32,000 bases of DNA from Candidatus Saccharimonadota bacterium (lineage in GTDB: Bacteria > Patescibacteriota > Gracilibacteria > BD1-5 > UBA6164): NCBI GenBank assembly GCA_963677765.1, contig OY782392.1, positions 540,001 to 572,000 on the forward strand, in the 5' to 3' direction. Below are positions 1 through 11,792 of the stretch, piece by piece. How positions within the stretch are numbered: position 1 is the stretch's first letter; every line of letters begins with the position of its first letter. A program made the translations under genes and the position numbers. Below the pieces are notes generated by a model. The model saw only the letters and a list, made by a program, of their open reading frames with translations. It was not told the DNA's origin and did not search any database.

Positions 1-2832
1 AAATTCATAATATCAATTATTATCTGTAACTACAAATGATTCTTGATTTTCTTGTAGTTTTCAATCATTGTTACTATCTATATAGATTTTCCATCATGCC
101 ATATTTGAATTTCATGGAGAATTTATTCATTTTAGATATCATGATATACTTCAAGTTTCATTTTCACTCTTTGGGAGTGAATTAAAGTAACTTTGTATAT
201 CATATAATCAATCATTATTTGTATCTATAGAATATGATATACTATTATCTTCTTCATTTATTACTTTATTCCAGTTAATATCAAAATTTTGATTTTCTTT
301 TATTGTTTCTAGTTGATGTATGTAGATGCTTCATGTAGAATTATTTTGGAAGTCATCTACTAATATATTGTATGAATTATTTTCGGTTTTATTATCATCA
401 AAATCTATTTTAATATTTTCTCTTGATATATTAAATGTATCTGTTTGTCATAAGCTAGTACTTATTCACTCCAGTTTTGTATAATAGTCTCATCATGCTA
501 TCATTATGTCATACTTTTCTTCAGCTTTACCATTTATTTCTATACTTAGATTTTCTAGTTTTTGTGGTAAGTAGATTTGTTTCCAATTATTTTGTTCTAA
601 ATCACCATTTAATGGAACTAAAAGTCTAGCTCAAGGAATTTCTTCAAAAATATTTCAATCTTTATATCATACTTTATTACCATCTTTATCTTTTAATAAA
701 AAATCAGAATCTCATTTGAAAGTATATAATATATCAACTACATTAAATCAAATAGGAAAAGATTTATTTCAATTATTGTTGACTTCCTCTATATCCATTA
801 ATCATATCAATGTTAAACTTGTTTCATTAGCATCTTGTCTAGAGGTTATTTCAATATTTCAATCATTAATTTCTATATATTGTTCATATGATTTTAACTC
901 TCAATATTCCTCACTATTAAAAAATGGAAACTTAACTACATTATCATAAATATATATTCTATTTCATTCTATTCTATATGGAATCACAGAGTGTCAGGTA
1001 AGTTTTCAATCAGATTTTTTCCATTCAAAATTAAGTATATATTTTTTATCTGGATTATTTTTTAGAGTTTCAAGTATTTTATTTGGATTTAAAGTATGAA
1101 TTCAAATAATATTTTTAGGGATTCAATCATTATTTAATTGATAATTATTTTTATTGTATTGAGATAAATGAAAAGCAAATATATCTTCTAAATCATCACT
1201 ATATAAATCCCAATTTTGATTTAAATCAGAGCTAGGATTACTAATCAAATCATATATATTACCATTTTTTATTTTAGTGTATAATCTGTTATGATTTTGC
1301 TCTAGATAATTTGGTATATTTTTACTTTTAAAATAATCATCTTGATATTTTAATAATGATAAAGTTGATAATCAAAAACAACTACCATTATTTATAAATG
1401 TTATATCATTATTTAATCATAATGATTCATATGCTCTAATTCTTTTAATTTCTCATTTTTCAAATCAAGTTCAAGCTCTTGTATCAAAAGCTTTATCAAA
1501 TATTTTCCATTTTCTTCAATCATCTTCTGATATTTTATAAAAAGGTTTATTATATGTAAATTTTATATCATATGTTCAAGTTAGTATTCAAGTAGCTGGA
1601 CTTCAATTCACAAAATTAAACCCATAAGGATAAGGTTCAAATCATTCAAAAAGTGAAAAATCTATTTCCCATGTTTGGTTTGTAACATAGTCAACTACTT
1701 CACTTTCATTTCAATTATTGTCAGTTATTTTTGCTTTCCATATATAATTTCATTCTCATATATATGGTACTATAGTAGTTCATGTTCATGAAATAAGCTC
1801 TATACTATCAGTATATAAAGGAGTTTTTTCTCATTTTCTATATACTTCAAATACCATGTTATATTTAGTTGTTGTATCGTTTTGTATACTTGCTTCCAAT
1901 ATTATTCAACTTCAAGATTGAAACTTACCTATACTACTTCATAGTTCTATCTCTTCTTTTTCTAGAAGTGGTGATTTTATATATTGTTTTAAGTTTGTTG
2001 GTAATGGTATTTGTACTGATTCTGAACAGTATTTATTGTGATAATTACATAAATTATATCTTTCTTTATTTAACTCGAAACTAGGGTATATTTTTTGTGT
2101 ATTTGTCGATGCTGGTGATCAAGCCGCAGATCATGTTTTGTATAATTTTACAATACATTCATAGTTTATTTTATATTTATCTTGCAAGTCATCTATAGAT
2201 ATTAAACTACATCATCATGATCTAAAATATGTTGTAGAATAAACCCATCATCTTGTTTTTGCACTTTGAGATTTCCATATATCATCATAATAAATTTCAT
2301 TATCTACAATTTTTCAATTATTAAACAAATTTAATTTAACTAAATAATGCATAGGTTTTCAAAAAGTTGATATACTATAGTTAAAATCATCTATATTTAT
2401 TTTTCAAATTGTGAATACTGTTTTTCAATTATAGTTATTAATTCAACTAGAAGAATTGTATTCATAAGATATTTCAAAACTATCATTGTCTCTGATAATT
2501 TCTGTAATTTTAGAATATCTTCAATTTGAAAAGAAATCTCAATATGAATATTCATTACCTGTAGAAAAAAATACAATATCATTATAGTCTAATAAAATTC
2601 AGTCTTTATATATCTCAGTTCTTCCTATGTTTCTTGTTAGGTCTGCATTTTTTGTAAAATGCTTAATTTCATATCAATCATCATATTTATATGTTTCTGT
2701 GAATCTATAGTCAGTATAATTATTACTTTCATAGATAAAATCAGCATTTACATTTACAAAAAAAGACCAAAATAATAATAAAATACTAAAGCATCTTAAA
2801 AATATTTTGGTCTTTAACGGATTATTTTTCAT
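1..2832 (-). CDS. large secreted hypothetical protein, 3' end off window. Has a signal peptide, a candidate papain-fold Cys-His-Asp core, and C-terminal DxNxDG Ca-binding / SdrD-B-like motifs
   Basis: ATG at 2832..2830 is the first start after an in-frame TAA at 2892..2890. I checked every in-frame triplet from 2832 to 1: 944 codons with no TAA/TAG and about 60 TGA. N-terminus MKNNPLKTKIFLRCFSILLLFWSFFVNVNA looks like a signal peptide. No family recognised for the whole protein. Confidence 0.8.
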
Positions 2833-2923
2833 AACACTATTTGTTAATAATAAAAATAGCGGGAGATATAAAAAATATATTTGTTTTTTTTATTAATGCA
2901 ATATTAACTTTAATAAGAAATAA

Positions 2924-2950
2924 GAAAAAAGAAGCAAAATCTTTGCTTCT
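2924..2950 (-). terminator. intrinsic terminator downstream of pheS
   Basis: Perfect 9-bp stem agaagcaaa (2930-2938) / tttgcttct (2942-2950) with a 3-nt loop. On the minus strand it is followed by a T6 run (A-run 2924-2929). It lies directly after the pheS stop. Confidence 0.7.
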
Positions 2951-2951
2951 T

Positions 2952-4019
<1,068 letters not shown>

Positions 4020-4049
4020 TTTTTTTACTTTAGTATCTAAATTTTTTGT

Positions 4050-4077
4050 ATTATAAAAAAAGTATATAATAAATCAA
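4050..4077 (-). promoter_or_regulatory. candidate sigma70-type promoter for pheS
   Basis: On the minus strand: TTGATT (4077..4072), 16-nt spacer, TATAAT (4055..4050), about 31 nt upstream of the pheS ATG. Confidence 0.4.
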
Positions 4078-4169
4078 AATAATATCAATTTATTATATAA
4101 ACTTAAAGCTATAATTGAATTTATATTAGAAATATTTTTTTAAAAAAAGCAATTAAAAATATTTTTTTT

Positions 4170-4197
4170 TTGACATTTTATTACATATTAATATAAT
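4170..4197 (+). promoter_or_regulatory. near-consensus sigma70-type promoter of the ribosomal-protein operon
   Basis: TTGACA (4170-4175), 16-nt spacer, TATAAT (4192-4197), preceded by a T-rich tract. It sits about 115 nt upstream of the rplC ATG. Confidence 0.6.
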
Positions 4198-4236
4198 CAC
4201 GTGGCTTTTTAGAAATTCATGAAAAGTTTTATTAGA

Positions 4237-4284
4237 AGAGGTTAAGTTAGACTACTTGAAAATATCAAGAAAAGTTTAACCTCT
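4237..4284 (+). promoter_or_regulatory. structured 5' leader element of the rplC operon (nested hairpin)
   Basis: Outer 9-bp stem agaggttaa (4237-4245) / ttaacctct (4276-4284) encloses an inner 5-bp stem cttga (4255-4259) / tcaag (4265-4269). No T-run follows, so it is not a classical terminator. Confidence 0.45.
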
Positions 4285-4311
4285 AACTTTATATTGTAAA
4301 CTATATTTTAT

Positions 4312-4917
4312 ATGGCTTGAATTATAGCTACTAAGTTGGAAATGACTAGAGTTGTGAAAGATGAAAAATTCATCCCAATAACTTTATTACAAGTTCCAGA
4401 ACTTAGAGTGGTATGATTTAAAACTCTGGAAAAAGATGGTTATGAAGCTATCATAGTATGAGTTTTAAAAGAAGGGGCTAATGTAGAATTAGCTGAAGGA
4501 AAAGCTACGTTAAGTAAAAATGCTTTTTCAAGAATAAAAGAATTTCCAGTTTCTGAAGAAGAAAAAGGAAAATACAATGTTTGAGATGTTGTAGAATTAG
4601 ATGTTTTAGAAGGTGATATCAAAGTATCTATTGAAGGTATTTCAAAAGGTAAATGATTTACAGGTGCGATGAAAAAACATAATTTTCATGGATGACCTGC
4701 TACTCACGGTTCTAAATTTCATAGAGCACTAGGTTCTATCGGTAATAGAAAACCTACTAGAACTCATAAAGGTAAAAAGATGCACGGACATCATGGTAAT
4801 ACTAAATTTACTATCAAAAAAGTACCAGTTGAATTAGTTAATAAAGAAATTGGTGTTATTGGTGTTAGATGAGGTGTTCCAGGAGGAAGAAATTCTTTCG
4901 TAAATATTATTTTTTAG
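4312..4917 (+). CDS. rplC: 50S ribosomal protein L3
   Basis: [37 protein letters not shown]... 201 aa with 7 TGA=Gly, TAG stop. Synteny with rplD-rplW-rplB. Confidence 0.95.
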
Positions 4918-4936
4918 TTATTAATGTTAAACTCTA

Positions 4937-5560
4937 ATGAAAACTAATTTATTTGATCAAGCATGAAAAGAAATTTGAGAAATCGAATTAAATTCTTCAG
5001 TGTTTTGATTAGAACCAAATGAAGGACTTGTTCATAGAGCTTTAGTATATCAACTAGCAAATAATAGAATGGTAGTTGCTCATACTAAAACTAGATGAGA
5101 AAGAAGAGGTTCTACAAGAAAAATTTACAGACAAAAAGGTACTGGTAGAGCAAGAATGTGATCAAATAGATCTCCTGTTAGAAAAAAAGGTTGAGTTGCT
5201 TTTGGTCCTAGAAATACTGTAAATTTTGAAATATCAATGAACAGAAAAGAAAGAAGAAAAGCATTATTTAGTGTTTTATCTTCAAAATTAGCTAATAACC
5301 AATTAGTAGTTGTTGATAAAATTGAATTAAAAGAAGCTAAAACTAAAGATATGGCTCAAATTATTAATTCATTAAAAATTGAAAAAACTGCTTTATTAGC
5401 TATATCAGCTAGAAACGAAGTTATTGAAAAATCAGCTTCAAATTTACCAAAAGTAAAAACTATTCTAGTTGACTATTTAAATGTTAAAGACTTATTAAAA
5501 TATAATACATTAGTATTATTAAAAGATTCTTTAGTAAATTTAGATAATTTAGCAAAATAA
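4937..5560 (+). CDS. rplD: 50S ribosomal protein L4
   Basis: MKTNLFDQAGKEIGEIELNSSVFGLEPNEGLVHRALVYQLANNRMVVAHTKTRGERRGSTRKIYRQKGTGRARMGS... In frame with track ORF 5237..5560. 207 aa. Confidence 0.95.
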
Positions 5561-5583
5561 TTTTAATCTAAACAATTATAAAT

Positions 5584-5880
5584 ATGAGATTATTTAGAAT
5601 AATAAAAAAACCTATCACTACTGAAAAAACTTCTAACTTAAGTTTAGTGAAAAATACTTATGTTTTTGAAGTTACAAAAGATGCTACTAAAATAGACATC
5701 AAAAAAGCAGTAAAAGAAATTTACTGAGTAGAAGTTGATAGTGTTAATGTTCTTCATACAAGAGAAAAATTCAAGTATGGAAGAAAAAAATGAATGCAAC
5801 TTAGAAAAAGATCTGCAAAAAAAGCTTATGTTACTTTAAAAGATGCACAAGCAAAAATAGATTTTACAATCACAAAATAA
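5584..5880 (+). CDS. rplW: 50S ribosomal protein L23
   Basis: MRLFRIIKKPITTEKTSNLSLVKNTYVFEVTKDATKIDIKKAVKEIYGVEVDSVNV... 98 aa, TAA stop. Confidence 0.93.
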
Positions 5881-5902
5881 TTTAGTTCTTAAAAATTAGA
5901 CA

Positions 5903-6748
5903 GTGGGAATTAAAAAATTTAAACCTACTACTCCGGGTAGAAGATGAATGACTGTTAGTTCTTTTGAAGAAATTACAACTTCTTCTCCTTATAAAGCACT
6001 TACAGTAAAATTAAAAAAACACTCAGGTAGAAATAATACTTGAAGATTAACTGTAAGACACCAAGGTGGTGGTCATGCACAAAGATATAGACTAGTAGAT
6101 TTCTACGGAGTTGATAAAAAAGGAATCGAAGCTAGAGTTGAAACTATCGAATATGATCCATATAGATCAGCTTACATCGCTTTAATATGTTATAAAGATG
6201 GTGAAAGAAGATATGTTATCGCTCATAAAGAAATGAAAGTTGGTGATGTTGTTGTTACTGATGTAAAAACTTCATTAGACAATGGTAATAGAATGGAAGT
6301 TGGTAATATACCTACATGATTACAAGTTTATAACTTAGAATTAATTGTTGGACAATGAGCATCTTCTATTAGATCAGCTTGAGCTTATGGTACTATCTAT
6401 TCTCAAGAAGGTGAATATACACAAGTTAAAATGCCTTCAGGTGAAATAAGATTAGTTCATAAAAAATGTTATGCAACTTTAGGTCAAGTTTCAAATATTG
6501 ATCATAATCAAGTTGTTATAGGTAAAGCTGGTAGATCTAGATGGATGTGAAAAAGACCTACAGTATTAGGTAAATCAATGAATCCAGTTGATCATCCACA
6601 TGGTGGTTGAGAAGGTCATTCTCCAATCGGTATGAAAGCACCTAAAACTCCATGGGGTATGCCTGCATTAGGATACAAAACTAGAAATAGAAAAAAAACT
6701 ACTTCTAAATGGATTCTAAGAACAAGAAAAGGTAAATTAATGATGTAA
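5903..6748 (+). CDS. rplB: 50S ribosomal protein L2
   Basis: GTG start, first start after in-frame TAG 5897-5899. [25 protein letters not shown]...HPHGGGEG, where the third Gly is TGA at 6608-6610. 281 aa, every triplet checked. Confidence 0.95.
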
Positions 6749-6772
6749 TTTAAATTTTATTAAAAACAACTT

Positions 6773-7039
6773 ATGACAAGAAGTTTAAGAAAATGACCTT
6801 ATATTGACGAAAGACTAATGAAAAAAGTAGTCGCTATGAACGAGTCATGAAAAAAAGGTGTTATTAAAACTTGGTCTAGAGCTTGTGTTGTAGCTCCTGA
6901 ATTCGTAGGACACACTTTTGGTGTTCATAACGGTAAAGTTCATACTCCAGTATTTGTTACTGAAGATATGGTATGACACAAATTATGAGAATTTTCAATG
7001 ACTAGAACTTATAGAGGTCACGCTTGAAATAAAAAATAG
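6773..7039 (+). CDS. rpsS: 30S ribosomal protein S19
   Basis: [88 protein letters not shown]. 88 aa, TAG stop. Confidence 0.95.
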
Positions 7040-7047
7040 GCCCACGA

Positions 7048-7081
7048 GTTAGATTTATCTAACCATCCCTGAAAGAGGGGT
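7048..7081 (+). promoter_or_regulatory. twin hairpins in a locally GC-enriched rpsS-rplV spacer, function unknown
   Basis: Hairpin 1: gttaga (7048-7053) / tctaac (7058-7063), loop ttta. Hairpin 2: atccct (7065-7070) / aggggt (7076-7081), loop gaaag, including one G-U pair. Flanked by ggcccacgag (7039-7048). Confidence 0.4.
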
Positions 7082-7120
7082 AAACAATAATATTAATTAT
7101 TTAGCCAAATAATACAACTT

Positions 7121-7447
7121 ATGAAAGCATACGGAAAAAACTTAAGAATTTCTCCAAAGAAATTAAGAGTAGTTGCTGAAGTTGTTAGAGGTATGGATGC
7201 TACTGAAGCTTTAAATTTTTTAAAATTTGCTCCTAAAAAAGGTGCTGATTTAATGTATAAAGTTTTAGCTTCAGCTGTATCAAATGCTGAAAACAATGAT
7301 TCACAAAAAAAAGAAAATTTAGTAGTTGGTACATTAATTATTACTAAAGGTATAGTTTACAAAAGAGGTAATCCTGTATCAAGAGGTAGAATGCACCCAA
7401 TTCTAAAAAGAACTTCTAATGTAAAATTAGAATTACAAGTTAAATAA
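7121..7447 (+). CDS. rplV: 50S ribosomal protein L22
   Basis: Intact track ORF with no TGA: MKAYGKNLRISPKKLRVVAEVVRGMDATEALNFLKFAPKKGA... 108 aa. Confidence 0.95.
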   Translation: MKAYGKNLRISPKKLRVVAEVVRGMDATEALNFLKFAPKKGADLMYKVLASAVSNAENNDSQKKENLVVGTLIITKGIVYKRGNPVSRGRMHPILKRTSNVKLELQVK

Positions 7448-7541
7448 TAGATTTAACAACAAGTAATATAAATAATTACTGGTAGAATAGCTCCGATTTA
7501 TTTTAGAGTTATTAATTATAATTATTAACACATTAAAAAAT

Positions 7542-8174
7542 ATGTGACATAAAGTTAATCCAATAGCTTTTAGAATTCCATATATTAAATCATGGAAATC
7601 AACTTGGTTTGAAGATAAAAAAGCTTATAAAAACTCTTTATCATTAGATTTAAAAGTTAGAGAAATTTTAACTAGAGAATTAAAAGGTATTCCATTAGGA
7701 GACATTTTAGTTTCAAAAAATCAAGATGTTATAGAAGTTGTTGTTTATACAGCTAAATCATCTTTGATATTAGGTAAAACTGGTGAAAATAAAGAACAAT
7801 TAGTTTCTTTATTAAATAGAAAACTTTGAACAAAAGTTAATTTAGAAGTTAGAGATATAAAAAATCCTGACATCAATGCAAAAATAGTTTGATTTACAAT
7901 CGCAAATCAAATTGAAAAAAGAATGCCTTATAAAAGAGCTATTAAACAAGCTATTTCTAGAACAATGGAAAAATGAGGTAAATGAATAAAAGTAAAAGTA
8001 GGTGGTAGATTAAATGGTGCTGAAATTGCTAGAAAAGAAACTTTTAAAGACTGAAATATCCCAACACAAACTATCAGATCTGATATAGACTATGTTGCTA
8101 CTAGAGCTGAAACTGTTTATGGAACAATCGGTATAAAAGTATGGATATACAAAGGAGATATCTACAAGAAATAA
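7542..8174 (+). CDS. rpsC: 30S ribosomal protein S3
   Basis: [33 protein letters not shown]...[52 protein letters not shown]. 210 aa, all triplets checked. Confidence 0.95.
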
Positions 8175-8180
8175 TAAGAT

Positions 8181-8207
8181 TTGACATTTCATGTTTTTTT
8201 ATATAAT
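8181..8207 (+). promoter_or_regulatory. possible internal promoter upstream of rplP
   Basis: TTGACA (8181-8186) and TATAAT (8202-8207), but the spacer is only 15 nt. Sits in the 47-nt rpsC-rplP gap. Confidence 0.3.
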
Positions 8208-8221
8208 TAACTCCTGTAAAA

Positions 8222-8626
8222 ATGTTACAACCAAAAAGAACAAAATATAGAAAAACCCACAGATGAAGACTTAAATGAGTTGCGGTTAGAGGTTCTTCTA
8301 TAGCTTTTTGAGATTACGCTATTAAGGCTACAACTAGAGGTTTTATAACATCTAGACAAATTGAGTCAGCGAGAAGAGCTATGGTTAGATTTATTAAAAG
8401 ATGAGGAAAAATCTGGATAAGAGTTTTCCCTGATAAACCTTATACTGCAAAACCATTAGAAGTTCCAATGGGTTGAGGTAAATGATCTGTAGAGATGTAC
8501 AGAGCCCCTGTAAAACCTGGAAGAGTGTTGTTTGAAATAACATGAGTTTCTCCAGAAGTTGCTAGGGAGGCTTTTAGATTAGCTTCATACAAACTTCCAG
8601 TAAAAACTAAAATTATAGTTGATTAA
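8222..8626 (+). CDS. rplP: 50S ribosomal protein L16
   Basis: [88 protein letters not shown]... 134 aa. Confidence 0.95.
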
Positions 8627-8637
8627 TCATTTTTAAA

Positions 8638-8862
8638 ATGAAAGAAATTAAAGACTTAAACTTAAAAGAACTTAGTAAATTAAATGAGATGGATGAAAAA
8701 GCTTTAAAAGCTGAATTGTCTGCTTCATCTAAAAATCTATATACATTAAATATGAAAAAAGAGTTAGGTGAACAAAAACAAACTCATTTGATTAAAACTT
8801 TGAGAAGATATATTGCACAAATTAATACTGTTGCAAACTCAAAAGGTTTAAATATAGGTTAA
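8638..8862 (+). CDS. rpmC: 50S ribosomal protein L29
   Basis: Intact track ORF MKEIKDLNLKELSKLNEMDEKALKAELSASSKNLYTLNMKKELGEQKQTHLIKTLRRYIAQINTV... 74 aa. Position between rplP and rpsQ. Confidence 0.9.
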   Translation: MKEIKDLNLKELSKLNEMDEKALKAELSASSKNLYTLNMKKELGEQKQTHLIKTLRRYIAQINTVANSKGLNIG

Positions 8863-8887
8863 TTATTTTTAAATAAATATTAAATTT

Positions 8888-9115
8888 ATGAGAACAAAAA
8901 GAGGTGTAGTAACAAGCACTAAAATGGATAAAACTGTAGTAGTGTCAGTTTATACATATAAAAGTGACTCTAAATATAAAAAAAGATATAGAGTTACAAA
9001 TAAATTTTATGCTCATGATGAGAAAAATTTATGTAATGAATGAGATACTGTTACAATTAAAGAAACTAGACCTACGTCTAAATTAAAAAGATGGGAGGTT
9101 GTTGAAGGTAAATAG
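8888..9115 (+). CDS. rpsQ: 30S ribosomal protein S17
   Basis: [75 protein letters not shown]. 75 aa, TAG stop. Confidence 0.93.
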
Positions 9116-9154
9116 TTACCACAAATTATGTTTAACATTTAAGAGTCGTATTCT

Positions 9155-9523
9155 ATGATACAAACAGAAACAAGGTTAGTTGTTGCTGATAATTCATGAG
9201 CTAAAGAAGTACTTTGTATAAAAGTTCTTTGAGGATCTCATAGAAGATATGCATCAATTGGTGATATTATAGTTTGTACTGTTAAAAAAGCTGCTCCAGA
9301 TGGAACAGTAAAAAAGAAAAAAGTAGTAAAAGCTGTAGTAGTAAGAACATCAAAAGAAGTTAAAAGAACAGATGGTTCTTACGTAAGATTTGATGACAAT
9401 GCTTGTGTTATTATCGATGATAATAATAATCCAAGAGGAACTCGTATTTTTGGTCCTGTTGCAAGAGAATTAAAAAACAAAGGTTTTCAAAAAATAGTGA
9501 GTTTAGCTCCAGAAGTTTTATAA
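9155..9523 (+). CDS. rplN: 50S ribosomal protein L14
   Basis: [87 protein letters not shown]... 122 aa. Confidence 0.95.
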
Positions 9524-9543
9524 TTCAATAAAGAAATAAAATT

Positions 9544-9894
9544 ATGAAAATAAGAACTTGAGATAAAGTACAAGTTATGTCTGGTAAAGAAAAAGATAGA
9601 TGAGTAGTTTCAACTGTAGTTAAAGCTTTCCCAGATACTAATAAAATCATTGTAAAAGATGTTAATATGGTTACAAGACATCTTAAAAAATATGGTACAA
9701 ATCCAGGTCAAATTATAAAAATGGAAAAAGCTATTGATGCTTCTAACGTTATGTTAATTTGTCCTTTTACTGAAAAACCAACTAGAGTTGGATTCGTAAA
9801 AATTGAAGAAAAAGGAAAAACTAAAAAATTTAGATTTTCTAAAAAAGCTTTACAAGAAAAATGAGGTGAAGCTTCAAAATATATAATTAAATAG
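9544..9894 (+). CDS. rplX: 50S ribosomal protein L24
   Basis: MKIRTGDKVQVMSGKEKDRGVVSTVVKAFPDTNKIIVKDVNMVTRHLKK... Reads through TGA 9862-9864 of track ORF 9667..9864 to TAG at 9892-9894. 116 aa. Confidence 0.92.
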
Positions 9895-9926
9895 TTTAAA
9901 AGTTTATTTTGTAAAACTTGAGACAA

Positions 9927-10463
9927 ATGCTTAAGGAAAAATATGAAAAAGAAATAGTTCCTGCTCTAAAAGAATCACTAAAAGTTTCAAATATAATGGA
10001 AGTTCCAAAAATTGAAAAAGTGGTTTTAAATATGTGAATTTGAACATATGTAAGAACAGGTAACAAAGATTTTTCTTCTTTACAAGAACATTTATCATTA
10101 ATTGCTGGACAAGCTTGTACTGTTAGATATGCAAAAAAAGCAGTTTCTAACTTTAAGTTAAGAGCTTGAATGCCTGTTTGATTAAGTGTTACACTTAGAG
10201 GAGAAAGAATGTATGATTTTCTTGAAAAACTAATTCATGCTGTTTTACCTAGAGTTAGAGACTTTAGAGGGGTTAATAAAAATGGTTTTGATAGTCAAGG
10301 AAACTATAACTTCTGAATAAAAGAACATACAATCTTTTTAGAAGTTCCACAAAATGATGTAGTAAAACCTCACGGTATTCAAATTACAGTGAAAACTACT
10401 GCAAAAAACAAGGAAGCTTGAAAGGAATTATTGACACAAATGTGATTTCCTTTTTCTAAATAA
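9927..10463 (+). CDS. rplE: 50S ribosomal protein L5
   Basis: [45 protein letters not shown]...[34 protein letters not shown]... 178 aa. Confidence 0.95.
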
Positions 10464-10491
10464 AAGTTTACTTTAATAAAAATTATAAAAA

Positions 10492-10716
10492 ATGGCTAGA
10501 AAAGCAAAAATCGCTAAAGCTAACAAATTAAAAAAGAAATTTTTACAAGCAATTTCTGATTGAAGAAAACCAAAAGAAGCTACAAAAGTTTATAATTGTT
10601 GTACTGTATGTGGTAGAACAAGAGGTTATCTAGGAAAATTCGGAATTTGTAGAATTTGTTTTAGAGAAAAAGCTAATGCCTGAGAATTACCAGGTGTTAG
10701 AAAATCAAGTTGGTAA
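10492..10716 (+). CDS. rpsN: 30S ribosomal protein S14, zinc-ribbon type
   Basis: [74 protein letters not shown]. CxxC...CxxC pattern, 74 aa. Position between rplE and rpsH. Confidence 0.9.
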
Positions 10717-10758
10717 TAATTAGTTAAAAAATAAATTTAGTTTATTAATTTTATTGTT

Positions 10759-11154
10759 ATGATAATAGATCCTATTGGAGATTTATTAACAAGAATTAGA
10801 AATGCATATTTAGCAAGAATTGAGGAAGTTAAAGTTCCTTATTCAAAAATTAAATCTGACATTGCTAAAATTCTTAAGAAAAATAAATATATAGCAGATT
10901 TTGAAGTTGTTACTGATGATAACAACAAAAAATCTATTATGCTTACTCTTAATAACGTTAGAACAACTAAATATGTTCCAACTTTAAAAAGAATAAGTAA
11001 ACCAGGGCAAAGAATTTACGTATGATCAAAAGATATTAAAAAATCTAGAAATGGTCAAGGTATTTATATACTTTCAACTCCAAAAGGTGTTGTTACTGGT
11101 TACGAAGCAAGAAGTTTAAATGTAGGTGGTGAAGTACTTTGCGAAGTTTACTAA
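10759..11154 (+). CDS. rpsH: 30S ribosomal protein S8
   Basis: Track ORF 10759..11025 extended through TGA: ...[51 protein letters not shown]. 131 aa. Confidence 0.95.
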
Positions 11155-11222
11155 TCCTCTTTAACATATAAACGAGAAATGATTATTCATTGATCCGATT
11201 TATATCTGTAATTATATTAAAA

Positions 11223-11762
11223 ATGTCAAGAATTGGTAAATTACCTATTGTCTTATCTGATAAAGTAGAGGTTACTTTGAACGGTAGAGATATTAAAGTT
11301 AAATGACCTCTTGGAGAATTATCTTTTTCACACTCTGATAAAGTTGAAGTTGTAAAAGAAGATAATAACTTAATAGTAAATCCTGTTTGAGAAGATTCAA
11401 GTGCTTTATGGTGAACAACTAGAGCTGTATTGAATAATATGGTTGAAGGTGTAACTGAAGGTTATACTAGAAGTTTAGAAATAAACTGAGTTGGTTATAA
11501 ATTCGAAGTATCTTGAACTAAATTAGTTTTAAGTGTATGATTCTCTCATAAGGTAGAAATTGAAGTTCCAACATGATTAAAAGTAGAATTAGATGAAAAG
11601 GCTAAAAATGTTTTACATATCAAATGAATAGATAAACAATTTGTATGAGAATTTGCTGCTAAAATAAGAGCAATCAAAAAACCTGAACCATACAAAGGTA
11701 AATGAATCAAATATGTTGGTGAACATATTAGAAGAAAAGCTGGTAAAACTGGTTCTAAATAA
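11223..11762 (+). CDS. rplF: 50S ribosomal protein L6
   Basis: [37 protein letters not shown]...[28 protein letters not shown]. 179 aa. Confidence 0.95.
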
Positions 11763-11792
11763 AATTTAACTTTAAATTATAAATAATATAAG

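Noticed and set aside
716-2582. Track ORFs 716..949 (+), 1869..2084 (+) and 2397..2582 (-)
   Set aside because: They are antisense to, or out of frame with, the 944-codon minus-strand ORF 1..2832. They are low-complexity AT-driven translations with no start or terminator context.
11155-11222. A 10-codon mini-ORF (ATG ATT ATT CAT TGA TCC GAT TTA TAT CTG TAA) in the 68-nt rpsH-rplF spacer, as a possible leader peptide
   Set aside because: No supporting context. A short ORF like this is expected by chance in AT-rich DNA.
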